A stretch of DNA of 64,000 bases, taken from assembly GCA_022072615.1 (NCBI GenBank), contig JAJVHS010000001.1, forward strand, positions 47,713-111,712, read 5' to 3'. A program made the position numbers and the translations under genes. A model generated the notes under the pieces. The model searched no databases, was not told the DNA's origin, and worked only from the letters and a program-made list of their open reading frames with translations. Every line of letters begins with the position of its first letter. Within the stretch, counting starts at the first letter, position 1. This document shows positions 37,597-46,650 of the stretch, one piece after another. This DNA comes from Phycisphaerales bacterium. GTDB taxonomy: Bacteria; Planctomycetota; Phycisphaerae; Phycisphaerales; UBA1924.

Positions 37597-38034
37597 ATGA
37601 ACCCCCGTCAGTTCACCAGGCTCCTGATGAGCGCCGCGTTGTCTGTGGGGGTCGGCGGGTGCTCCGTACCGGCGCCCCGTCCCGAGCCCGACCGCTTTAA
37701 CCCGCCGACCGACGCGGTGGTGATCGGCGACTGGGACGATGTTGAATCCTCCGTCCGGGTCGGCGCATCCCAGAGCGAGATGGCCATCCTCGAAGTCAAG
37801 CGTCCCGATGACCGGACCGCCATCTTCGAGTTCCTGACGATCACCGACGAGCCCGCGAGCCTCGAGGTCCACCGCGACCACTTTCCCGAAGACAGCGGGT
37901 CGTTCCGGCTGAACCTCCGGGCCAGCGTCGGCACGTTCGGAGACGCGGCTTGGCAGGAACGGCTCATCGACCGCGTGTCCCGGCGGCTGCGCCAGCTCGC
38001 GGGCGTGGACGTCGCGCCCATCACCGAACCGTGA
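37597..38034 (+). CDS. hypothetical lipoprotein
   Basis: ATG 37597 is preceded by AAAGGAGGG. Lipobox in MNPRQFTRLLMSAALSVGVGGC. No recognisable family. Confidence 0.5.
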   Translation: MNPRQFTRLLMSAALSVGVGGCSVPAPRPEPDRFNPPTDAVVIGDWDDVESSVRVGASQSEMAILEVKRPDDRTAIFEFLTITDEPASLEVHRDHFPEDSGSFRLNLRASVGTFGDAAWQERLIDRVSRRLRQLAGVDVAPITEP

Positions 38035-38075
38035 TCGCGCGCCCGATACCATTGGTTGCTCGGGGGAATGCCCGC

Positions 38076-38741
38076 ATGATCCCGGAAGTTGTGCAAGCCA
38101 TGGTCCGCCTGCTGGAGGTCAAGGACCTCTCGACCGCCGCGCACACGTGGCGGGTCGTGCTGTACACCCGCGCGCTGGCGGAAGACGCCAACCTCGATCG
38201 CGCCATCGTCGAGCGCCTCACCTACGCCGCCGCCCTGCACGACATCGGCAAGCTCGACATCCCCGACGCCATCCTCCAGAAGCCGGGCAAGCTCACCGAC
38301 GAGGAATTCGAGGTGATGAAGACGCACACCACGCTCGGCCACGACCATCTCCGTGGCATGGGCGAGGATGACCCCATCGCGGTCGGCCTGGTGCGCCACC
38401 ACCACGAAAGGTGGGACGGGCTGGGGTACCCCGACGGGCTGTCGGGCGAGAGCATCCCGCTCGCGGCACGGTACTTTGCCGTCGTGGATTCGTTCGATGC
38501 GATGACGTCCATCCGCCCGTACCGAGCCACCATCGGCGAGCGGGCGGCCCAGGCGGCGATGGAAGAGATCATCGCATCGCGCGGATCCCGCTACGCGCCC
38601 GACGCCGTCGACCGGTTTCGCTCGCTGTACGACGCCGGGACCTTCGACTGGATCCGCAGCCACTTCAACGACAAGTCTCAGGTCCCCGGGTACGCCGGCC
38701 TCGACGCCGTAGACCTGGTCCTCCCGCCGAGCAGGGGCTGA
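38076..38741 (+). CDS. HD-GYP domain cyclic-di-GMP phosphodiesterase (stand-alone)
   Basis: AAALHDIGKLDIPD...HHHERWDGLGYPDGL...DSFDAMTSIRPYR are the HD-GYP signatures. Confidence 0.88.
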   Translation: MIPEVVQAMVRLLEVKDLSTAAHTWRVVLYTRALAEDANLDRAIVERLTYAAALHDIGKLDIPDAILQKPGKLTDEEFEVMKTHTTLGHDHLRGMGEDDPIAVGLVRHHHERWDGLGYPDGLSGESIPLAARYFAVVDSFDAMTSIRPYRATIGERAAQAAMEEIIASRGSRYAPDAVDRFRSLYDAGTFDWIRSHFNDKSQVPGYAGLDAVDLVLPPSRG

Positions 38742-38760
38742 ACGCAGTTTCACCGCCTGC

Positions 38761-38795
38761 AAAAAAGCAAGCACCCCCGGCGATGAACCGGGGGC
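38761..38795 (-). terminator. rho-independent terminator after the G/N/Q/S-rich gene
   Basis: Minus strand cccccgg-ttcatcg-ccggggg followed by tgcttgctttttt. Confidence 0.6.
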
Positions 38796-38828
38796 GTTGC
38801 AATCCGTGCCTGTCATGCACCGGAGCGA

Positions 38829-39215
38829 TCACTCGCGGTCGTTCTTGCCGCTCTGATTTCCGCCCTGGTTGCCGCCGCTGCGGTTCGCGCCCGATGTCCC
38901 CGACGAAGACGACCCGGGCGAGTTCGAGGAACCGCCCGACTGCGATCCGCCGCGGTTCTGCGACCCGCTGAACTGACCGCTCTCGTCGCGCTCCTGCGAC
39001 TGAGAGGACTGCTCGCCGCCGCGGCGACGATCTTCGTCGGACAGGTTGCCGGGGTTGCCCGCGCGTCCGCTCTGGTTGCCGGACTGCTGGCCGCCCTGGT
39101 TGCCCGACTGCTGACCGCCGTGCATGCCGGACCGGTTGCCCTGGTTGCCACCCTGGTTGGACTGCGAACCGCGGTCAGAACCCTGATTGCCCTGGTTTGC
39201 CTTGTTCTCGGCCAT
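38829..39215 (-). CDS. small intrinsically disordered G/N/Q/S-rich protein (hydrophilin/stress-protein-like)
   Basis: ATG 39215 is preceded by AAAGGTG and the gene has its own terminator. 128 aa of GNQG/SGNQ-type low complexity with no hydrophobic core. Confidence 0.5.
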   Translation of the reverse strand: MAENKANQGNQGSDRGSQSNQGGNQGNRSGMHGGQQSGNQGGQQSGNQSGRAGNPGNLSDEDRRRGGEQSSQSQERDESGQFSGSQNRGGSQSGGSSNSPGSSSSGTSGANRSGGNQGGNQSGKNDRE

Positions 39216-39440
39216 GCGTGCACCTTTCGTTGTGTTGATCTGCCTGCGTGCCGCGGGCACTTCTACGCGAGCGCCCGCTGCAAGCGACCCGGAAAGCCCG
39301 GGCGCATCGCCCGGATCGAAAGGCTGGTGGCTGCCGAGTGTGGCACCACCGGTGAAGCACTCGTGAAAGGATCTTTACGGCTTTCGTTACTGCCTTGGCT
39401 GCAATCAGCGAGCGCACAAGGCCCGGAGATCAACCGGAGG

Positions 39441-39956
39441 TCAGCGTCCGCCGTCTGGCGGCGGCACTTGCGAATCGCGGAAGACCAGCCGTGGGTGATT
39501 CTCCGGTGTGTCGATCATCGGCGGCGGGGACCGCAACGACGTCCATTGCGTCGCTCGTCTTCTGCCATCAAGGTCGAACGTCGCCCGTGCCGCCCAGCGC
39601 AGCTCGTCGCCGTGCGAGCCTCGCTTGATTTCATACATGGGCTTGGACAGGCCTTTCACGACGACCGGCTCGGACCATGCGCCCGTTCCGGTCGGATACC
39701 ACAGCGACAGGTCATACCTCACGTTCGCGATGCGCGACCTCATGTTCGGCCCGAACACCGCGTCGTCCGACACCCGAGGGAATTCTTCCCACCGGAGCAG
39801 CGCGCCCCGGGCGGGCATCTCCACCGCCCCGTTGATCGGGCGCAGGTCGTCTCCGACGCCGCGCAGCCCGTTGACGGAAGTGCCGCTGCACGCGGCGACC
39901 ACCGTCGCGCACACCGCCGCCATTGCGATCGATACCTGTGACAGCGAACGGTTCAT
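39441..39956 (-). CDS. hypothetical lipoprotein
   Basis: The ATG overlaps the upstream gene stop (ATGA). Lipobox VVAAC in MNRSLSQVSIAMAAVCATVVAAC. Confidence 0.5.
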   Translation of the reverse strand: MNRSLSQVSIAMAAVCATVVAACSGTSVNGLRGVGDDLRPINGAVEMPARGALLRWEEFPRVSDDAVFGPNMRSRIANVRYDLSLWYPTGTGAWSEPVVVKGLSKPMYEIKRGSHGDELRWAARATFDLDGRRRATQWTSLRSPPPMIDTPENHPRLVFRDSQVPPPDGGR

Positions 39957-40807
39957 GGAATGATCACAACCCGGAACAGCTCATCGGAAGCGATCTGAGC
40001 GATGCGTGCCTGAAGACCCGAAAGTTCCCGGCGCAGCTCGTCCGGCGGCGCCGCGGCCCACACACTCAGCTTCCGCGGGGACGCCGTCAGCAGCCACTCC
40101 CGTCGCCCGATTTCGCCCTGCTCCGTTGAACTTCGGAGCACGCCCCTGGCAAGGACGAACGGTGATAAGTCAGGATTGATTCCGCCGGTGACGCTCTGAA
40201 GCCCGTAGGCCACGACCGTGAGTTCGAGCACGGCTTCATTCGGACGCTGCGCCGGCGTGACCGTCGTCCCGGAAGGCATCAGGCGGCTTGGCAGCCGAAC
40301 GTCCGTCCGAGCGTGTGCCGCGATGCGTGCCGCGATTTCATCGGCCGGTCTCATCACCTCGAGCGTTCCCATCACGCGCTCCACGTCGGCTTGCACCACC
40401 GCGTCCTCGGTCGCCTGCGAATACCCGACCACTGCACCGACCACCGCGCCGACGGGCGCGAGAACGACCCCGAGCAGCACCGAGATCCCGTACGTCTCTG
40501 TCGCACCCTCGATCCCCGCCGCCAGCGTCACTCCGGCACCGGCCGCCGCGCCCCGACCCGCCGCTCCCGATTTCTGCCACGGCCGGTCAACTCGCAGCGG
40601 CTCAGCCGCCGAGCACGAAACCACGGCCACCGAGTCGATCTGCATGCGCGATGTTTCAGGCAGCGGCGAAAGCGCTCGGTGATGCGAAGCCGCAGGGCTC
40701 CCGCAACCGGCGCAAGCAACCGCCACGCCGCAGACGGTCGCGCCCGTTCGGCGACGCCATGCACGCAGCCTGCGACACGATTTGATGCACCCCATGACCC
40801 CACCCAT
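39953..40807 (-). CDS. hypothetical lipoprotein with glycine-zipper segment
   Basis: Lipobox in TGATVCGVAVACAGC. Glycine-zipper-like GISVLLGVVLAPVGAVVGAVVGY. Start is ATG 40807 or 40795. Confidence 0.5.
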   Translation of the reverse strand: MGGVMGCIKSCRRLRAWRRRTGATVCGVAVACAGCGSPAASHHRALSPLPETSRMQIDSVAVVSCSAAEPLRVDRPWQKSGAAGRGAAAGAGVTLAAGIEGATETYGISVLLGVVLAPVGAVVGAVVGYSQATEDAVVQADVERVMGTLEVMRPADEIAARIAAHARTDVRLPSRLMPSGTTVTPAQRPNEAVLELTVVAYGLQSVTGGINPDLSPFVLARGVLRSSTEQGEIGRREWLLTASPRKLSVWAAAPPDELRRELSGLQARIAQIASDELFRVVIIP

Positions 40808-40905
40808 GAGGTTCAAGACTAACCGCCAACGCCCGGCGATGCAACGGTTCGCGCGGGCCGCCGTCGGGGACGATCACCGTCGGCACCGCCGGGATCGACA
40901 CCGCG

Positions 40906-42444
40906 TCACGCCGCGCCGGGCGCCGCGCGGCCCGCGTCCGGTGATCGCACGCACGCGGGCAGTTCCACCGTCATCGTCGTCCCCTGCTTCCACACCGATT
41001 CCACGCGGATGGTGCCCTTGAGCGCGTCCACCGCGCTCTTGACGATCGCCAGCCCCAGCCCCGTCCCGCGGTGAGTCACGCCCCCGCCGCGCGACGCGTC
41101 CACCTGGTAGAAGCGCTCGAAGATGCGCTGCTGCGCGGCGAGCGGGATCCCCTGTCCCTGGTCGGCGACGCGGAACCGGGCATCCAGGAACGTGGTCGCG
41201 CCCGAATCGGCGGGCACGGCCTCGCCGCGCACCACCACGGCGGTCCCGTCGTACGCGAACTTCAGCGCGTTCTCGATCAGGTTGCGCAGGATGAGGTCCA
41301 GCAGCCGCGGGTCCGAGTGCATCGATTCCATCGCGGGGTCGATCTCGAAGCGCAGCTCGATCGACCGCTCCGCCGCCATCGCGGCGAACGCCGACCGCAG
41401 CGACGCGACCACCGCGGACATCGACATGTCCTGCGCGGTCGGCCTGGTCTCGGCCGCGTCGAGCCGCGACAGGTCCAGCAGGTCGCGGATCAGTTCCTCC
41501 AGCCGTCCGACGTTGGTCGCGATCATCGTGAGCAGTTTCTGGCGGAGCTTGGGGTCCTCGGAGTCGTCGATCAGCGTCTCGGCCGCGCCGCGGATCGACG
41601 CCAGGGGCGTGCGCAGCTCGTGGCTCGCGTTGGCGACGAAATCCGACTGGAGCTGCCCCGCTGCCGCCAGCTCCGTGATGTCGCGCAGGGTCAGGATCGT
41701 CGCGGCGTGCGCCGAACCCTCCGCGCCCGGGGAGCGCCACTGGACCGGCGCCGAGACCACGTCGTACCAGCGCAGCTCCGTGGCACGGGGGAGCCTGACC
41801 GTGGCCCGAGCCGACGCGCCGTTGAGCGCTGACCTGTGCAGCTCGACCAGCTCCGCCGAGGTGAACAGCTCGTCGATGCTCCGCCCGCGGATCCGATCGC
41901 CGGATCTCTGCAGGAACGCCTCCGCCGCCTTGTTCCACACCCGCACCGCGCCCTGCGGATCGGTGACCAGCAGCGGGTCCGCCACGGCGTGGATTACCTG
42001 GTCGAGGTTGTCGCGCTGGACGGCGAGCCGGTCGAGCGCCGCCGTCGCCTCGGCCGCGGCCGAACCGATCGATCCGGCCGCCGATTCATGCCGATCGGCC
42101 GCCGGCGCGGGCGACGCGCGTTCCGCCGCTCGAGCGAGTTCGTTCATCGCGTCGCGGTCGGCGGTGAGGACCCGCCCGCCGGGCCGCACCCGGCGCGCCG
42201 CATCAACGCCGGCCGCCGCGACCCCGAGCAGCACCGCGGCCATCCAGCCTTGCGGCCAGAACGCCGTGCCCGCCGCCGCCCCCGCCGCGCACAGCGCGAG
42301 CACCCCGGCCGCCGAGATGCCGGCGCCTGGGAATCGTCTGTTCGATGCGGTGTCGCGGGGAGTGCTCGGCATGGGAAACGTCGCGAGGTCGAGCGGCGGA
42401 GCGCTGCGAGATCCTGCTTTCGACCGCTCGTCCGTGACGTCCAT
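40906..42444 (-). CDS. sensor histidine kinase (PhoR-like: TM, PAS, HisKA, HATPase)
   Basis: H-box DFVANASHELRTPLASIRGAAETL, N/G boxes (NLIENALKFA, DQGQGIP, GTGLGLAIVK). The ATG overlaps the regulator stop by 1 nt. Confidence 0.88.
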   Translation of the reverse strand: MDVTDERSKAGSRSAPPLDLATFPMPSTPRDTASNRRFPGAGISAAGVLALCAAGAAAGTAFWPQGWMAAVLLGVAAAGVDAARRVRPGGRVLTADRDAMNELARAAERASPAPAADRHESAAGSIGSAAAEATAALDRLAVQRDNLDQVIHAVADPLLVTDPQGAVRVWNKAAEAFLQRSGDRIRGRSIDELFTSAELVELHRSALNGASARATVRLPRATELRWYDVVSAPVQWRSPGAEGSAHAATILTLRDITELAAAGQLQSDFVANASHELRTPLASIRGAAETLIDDSEDPKLRQKLLTMIATNVGRLEELIRDLLDLSRLDAAETRPTAQDMSMSAVVASLRSAFAAMAAERSIELRFEIDPAMESMHSDPRLLDLILRNLIENALKFAYDGTAVVVRGEAVPADSGATTFLDARFRVADQGQGIPLAAQQRIFERFYQVDASRGGGVTHRGTGLGLAIVKSAVDALKGTIRVESVWKQGTTMTVELPACVRSPDAGRAAPGAA

Positions 42445-43190
42445 CAACTATTTGGCGAGCCCGGCGCCTCGGCTTCGATCAGGTCTTCCGCGTCGTCGGA
42501 ATCCACCATCCGATAACCCACCCCTCGGACCGTCTTGATCCTGGCGGCGTGCGGCCCGAGCTTCTTGCGGATCGCCGTCACATGCACGTCGATCGTGCGC
42601 TCGGTCACGGTCACCCCCGGCCCCATCGCCCGCTGCATCAGGACGGCTCGGGAGAGAATCCGCCCGGACGCCTGGATGAGGGCGCACAGCAGGCGGAACT
42701 CCGTGAGCGTGAGCTTCACGGGCTGGCCGTCCACGGTGGCCTGGTGGGTGTCGGTGTTCAGGACGATGGTGCCCATCGAGAAAATCCGGGAGGGGACCTC
42801 CGGCTTGGCGGTCCGCCTCAGCACCGCTTCGATCCTGGCCAGCACCACCCGCATCGAGAACGGCTTGGAGATGTAGTCGTCCGCCCCCATCGTGAGGCCG
42901 ACGAGCTGGTCGGACTCGGTCCCCCGTGCCGTCAGCATGACGATCGGGATTCCCGCGGTGGCCGGGTCGGTCCTTACCCGCCGGGCGACCTCGATTCCGG
43001 AAACCTCCGGGATCATCAGGTCGAGCAGGATCAGATCCGGCGGCGTCCCGGCGATCGCCGCGAGCGCCTGGCGCCCGTTGAATGCCGCCAACGTCTGATA
43101 ACCCGCTTTTTGAAGGTTGATCGCGAGCAAATCCACCAAATCCCGCTCGTCATCGACAATCAGGATCGTCTTGTGTTCATTCACCTTCAT
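42444..43190 (-). CDS. OmpR/PhoB-family response regulator
   Basis: Receiver ILIVDDERDLVDLL...LILLDLMIPEVSG...ADDYISKPF and a winged-helix output domain (TLTEFRLLCAL...VHVTAIRKKL...TVRGVGYR). Start is ATG 43190 or GTG 43184. Confidence 0.9.
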   Translation of the reverse strand: MKVNEHKTILIVDDERDLVDLLAINLQKAGYQTLAAFNGRQALAAIAGTPPDLILLDLMIPEVSGIEVARRVRTDPATAGIPIVMLTARGTESDQLVGLTMGADDYISKPFSMRVVLARIEAVLRRTAKPEVPSRIFSMGTIVLNTDTHQATVDGQPVKLTLTEFRLLCALIQASGRILSRAVLMQRAMGPGVTVTERTIDVHVTAIRKKLGPHAARIKTVRGVGYRMVDSDDAEDLIEAEAPGSPNS

Positions 43191-43504
43191 CCTCCCGGTC
43201 TTGGCAGGGCTCGTCGAATCCGCCGCCCCGCCGCGACGCCGGAAGCGCACGTGGCCCGGAGTCGCCACAGGGTAGGGAAAACGGGCTTCGCCGCGGGATT
43301 CCGAAGTGCTTTGGTTGCGCTAATACCTGGGCTTTCTGTCCGCGGGGTCCGGTTGCCGGAGGCCGCTCAACCGCGAGTTGACTTGCCCGGTTTGCCTGTG
43401 AACATGGAGTCGTTTCACGGGGTATGAAGGCGTGTTTGGTGTTTACTCGCTACTGGAGGTTCATGGATCGGGGGTAGTCGAACCGAAAAACGTTATCGGC
43501 GTGT

Positions 43505-43533
43505 TTGCGGTCGCTTTACTTGGAGGCTAGTAT
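43505..43533 (+). promoter_or_regulatory. sigma70-like promoter candidate upstream of the first porin gene
   Basis: TTGCGG, 17-nt spacer, TAGTAT in the lowest-GC part of the window. This would give a leader of about 300 nt. Confidence 0.35.
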
Positions 43534-43846
43534 TTGCTTTCGTTCCCCGAACTGGTCGGTGAAGCGATCGAGAAAATCCGGCGACCTGGTGTGACAGGGG
43601 CCGGCGGGTTTTGTGGAGTCAGGTGATCCGAGCAAGCGGTCACGAGGGATCGGGTCAAGTCAGTGGAGCAGTTCTGTGACCGGGGCGTGTCGTCCCCGGA
43701 CCCCGCGGAGTGCGGGATGTAGAAATCTGAAAGAAACCGTCCGATGGGCAGGCCTCGTGGTCGGCCCCGAGCAGAGAGTCGGACGCAAGTCGAGCCCGGG
43801 CTCAGTGACCGTCAAGTCCGGGTCACATTCGAAGGAGTTTCGCGAG

Positions 43847-45112
43847 ATGAGTCGGAACAAGTTTCTTGTGATGCTCGCGGGTGCGGCTCTCGGCTTCGGC
43901 GCTACGGGCGCCCTTGCTCAGAGCGACTCGGAGCGGGCGTATTCGGCCGAGCTGAGCGCGGACGCGGTTGCCAAGACCCAGTCCTTCGCGAAGGCCAACG
44001 GCTTCACCATCACCGACGGGACCAACAAGCTGCGCGTCAGCGGCTTCACCCAGTTCCGGTACAACCTGAACTGGCGTGACGATCCGGGCAACGACGGCAA
44101 CGGCGACCACGACAGCGGCTTCGCCAACGGCTTCGAGCTGCCCCGCACGCGCATGATCCTGTCGGGCAACGTCCTCGATCCGAACCTCTCGTTCAAGGTC
44201 GAGGGTCAGTTCTCGGACGACAGCGACGGCTCGTTCGACCTGCTCGACGCCTTCGCCGCGTACAAGTACAACGACGAGTTCACGGTCGCCGGCGGCCAGT
44301 TCCAGGTTCCCCTCATGCGCGAGTGGTACCTGAGCCCCTTCGGCGTGCAGGGCGCTGACTACGGCATGGTCACCGACGTCTTCAACCCCGGCTACAGCCA
44401 GGGCATCTGGGGCGTCTACCAGAACGACGCGTTCAAGGGCATCTTCGCCTTTGACGACGGCGGCAACGCTGCCAACACCCGCTACAACAGCGTCAGCGAA
44501 GCCGACTACGGCCTGACCGCTCGCCTCGAGGGCAAGCTCTCGGGTGACTGGGCCCGCTTCAACGACATGTCCAGCTGGAAGAGCGACAACGGCGTGGCCA
44601 CCCTCATCGGCGGTGGTATCCACTACCAGAACAACGGCAACACGGCTCACCCGGGCAACGGTCCGGCCCCGCAGTTCCAGTACCTCCTCTACACCATCGA
44701 CGCCTCGATCGAGTTCGCCGGCGCCAACCTCTACGGCGCCTTCGTCGGCCAGCACATCGACCCCTCCGATGAGGCGGGTGGCGACAGCTACGACGACTTC
44801 GGCGTCCAGCTCGCCGGCGGGTTCTTCCTCGCCGAGCAGGACGAGCTCTTCGGCCGCTGGGACTGGATCATCGCCGACGATGACCGTCCGACCGAGGATG
44901 AGGACGTGAACGCCCTCACTGTCGGCTGGAACCACTATTTCGTTCCCGACAGCAACGCCGCGAAGTTCACCACCGAGCTCTGCTGGTTCATCAACGAGCC
45001 GGGCGCCAACAGCCTGGTCGCCTCGACCACCGGTTCGGCGGCCACGGGCCTGCTCCCCTCCTCCGAGGATGATCAGGTGCTGATCCGCTTCCAGTTCCAG
45101 CTCGCGTTCTAA
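43847..45112 (+). CDS. outer-membrane porin (phosphate-selective porin O/P-like, tentative)
   Basis: ATG 43847 is preceded by GAAGGAG. Signal peptide MSRNKFLVMLAGAALGFGATGALA, alternating beta-strand pattern, C-terminal ...IRFQFQLAF ending in Phe. Confidence 0.7.
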   Translation: MSRNKFLVMLAGAALGFGATGALAQSDSERAYSAELSADAVAKTQSFAKANGFTITDGTNKLRVSGFTQFRYNLNWRDDPGNDGNGDHDSGFANGFELPRTRMILSGNVLDPNLSFKVEGQFSDDSDGSFDLLDAFAAYKYNDEFTVAGGQFQVPLMREWYLSPFGVQGADYGMVTDVFNPGYSQGIWGVYQNDAFKGIFAFDDGGNAANTRYNSVSEADYGLTARLEGKLSGDWARFNDMSSWKSDNGVATLIGGGIHYQNNGNTAHPGNGPAPQFQYLLYTIDASIEFAGANLYGAFVGQHIDPSDEAGGDSYDDFGVQLAGGFFLAEQDELFGRWDWIIADDDRPTEDEDVNALTVGWNHYFVPDSNAAKFTTELCWFINEPGANSLVASTTGSAATGLLPSSEDDQVLIRFQFQLAF

Positions 45113-45159
45113 TCGGCCCGCGGGTCCAGCCCGCGACCGACAGGATGTAAACATCAACG

Positions 45160-45189
45160 GCCGCGCCTCAGCAGGCGCGGCTGTTTTTT
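45160..45189 (+). terminator. rho-independent terminator between the porin paralogs
   Basis: gccgcgcc-tcagca-ggcgcggc followed by tgtttttt. Confidence 0.7.
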
Positions 45190-45251
45190 GCTAGCTTTCG
45201 TCCACGGCGGGGGCTGCCCCGCCCCTCAACGCTTCACTCGGAGAGTCCACC

Positions 45252-46505
45252 GTGCGCAACGCCATTTTTTCGGCCGTCGTCGCGTGCTCGATCTGCGGCC
45301 AGGCCATCGGCCAGACGACTTCATCCATCGACGTGCAGCGAGCCCAGCAGGCCGAACTCTCGGCCGACGCGGTCGCTCGCTCCATGAGCATGACCAAGGC
45401 CAACGGATTTACGATCTCTGACGGCGAGAACAAGCTCCGCGTGGGCGGTTGGGCGCAGTTCCGCTACCTCATGAACTGGCGCGACGATCCGGGCCCGGAT
45501 GCCAACGGCGATCACGACAGCGGCTTCACCAACGGCTTCGAGCTTGCCCGGACGAGGCTCAACGTCGCCGGAAACGTCCTGGACCCCAATCTCAAGTTCA
45601 AGGCTGAGGGCGATTTCAGCAGGAGCAACGGCGATTTCTCGCTGCTCGACGCCTTCGTCGGCTATACGTTCGGCGACAGCGGCTTCACCCTGCGCGGCGG
45701 GCAGTTCAAGCCGCCGCTCGAACGCGAGCAGCTCGTCTCCGACACGGCGCAGCTCGCCATCGAGCGCTCGACGGTGGACTCGGTGTTCAGCCAGAGCCGC
45801 AGCCAGGGCGTGGAGCTCCAGTACGCGGGCGACGCGGCGCGGGCGTTCGTCATGATGAACGACGGCCTGGGCGCGCTCAACACCCGCTACAACGATTCCA
45901 CGGAGGCGGACATCGGCGTCACCGCCCGCGGCGAGTGGAGGCTCGCGGGCGACTGGAAGCGGTTCGACGACTTCACCAGCTGGCGCGGGGCCGACACCGC
46001 CGCCATGCTCGGCGTCGCCGGACACTGGCAGCACGACGGCAACACCGCCACGCCTGGCGACGGGTCGCCCGGGCCGGTCCAGCAGACCGACCTGTTCCTC
46101 TACACGGCCGACCTCTCGGTCGAGGGCGACGGGTGGAATGTGTTCGCGGAGTTCGTCGGTCAGCACTTCGACGGCGACGAGGGCACCGACAGCCTCGATG
46201 ATTTCGGCGCGGTGGTGCAGGGCGGGTTCTTCATCTCCGAGCACGACGAGCTGTTTGCCCGGTGGGACTGCGTCTTCCCCGACAGCGACCGGGCGGGCAA
46301 CGACGACTTCAACACGATCACCGCGGGCTTCAATCACTACTTCGTGCCCGAGAGCCACGCGCTGAAGTTCACCGCCGACGTCTGCTGGTTCCTCGACCCG
46401 ACCACCGACAACTCGCTGGTCCCCACCGGCGGGCGCAACGGCCTGCTCCCGACCGCCGAGGACAACGAGGTCTGCGTCCGCTTCCAGCTCCAGTTCATGT
46501 TCTGA
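45252..46505 (+). CDS. outer-membrane porin, paralog of 43847-45112
   Basis: GTG 45252 follows GGAGAG, then a signal peptide. Collinear similarity to the upstream porin (AELSADAVA..KANGFTI.DG.NKLRV.G..QFRY..NWRDDPG.D.NGDHDSGF.NGFEL.RTR). Ends ...VRFQLQFMF. Confidence 0.7.
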   Translation: MRNAIFSAVVACSICGQAIGQTTSSIDVQRAQQAELSADAVARSMSMTKANGFTISDGENKLRVGGWAQFRYLMNWRDDPGPDANGDHDSGFTNGFELARTRLNVAGNVLDPNLKFKAEGDFSRSNGDFSLLDAFVGYTFGDSGFTLRGGQFKPPLEREQLVSDTAQLAIERSTVDSVFSQSRSQGVELQYAGDAARAFVMMNDGLGALNTRYNDSTEADIGVTARGEWRLAGDWKRFDDFTSWRGADTAAMLGVAGHWQHDGNTATPGDGSPGPVQQTDLFLYTADLSVEGDGWNVFAEFVGQHFDGDEGTDSLDDFGAVVQGGFFISEHDELFARWDCVFPDSDRAGNDDFNTITAGFNHYFVPESHALKFTADVCWFLDPTTDNSLVPTGGRNGLLPTAEDNEVCVRFQLQFMF

Positions 46506-46650
46506 ACCAGACCGCCGCGGGCGGGCTATCTGTTCGACCCCGCCGCTCTCTCCATGAGCGCCGTCCCCGCGGACGGCGGTCGGGGTGCGCACACGCCGCC
46601 CGGTGCGGCGGGCAGCGTGTCATGCGTCGGCGGTGCGGGCAGGTCCGGGT

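Noticed and set aside
43613-43846. 78-codon upstream extension of the first porin ORF
   Set aside because: It has no SD and an Arg/Ser/Gly-rich composition. A strong GAAGGAG plus ATG plus signal peptide occurs at 43847.
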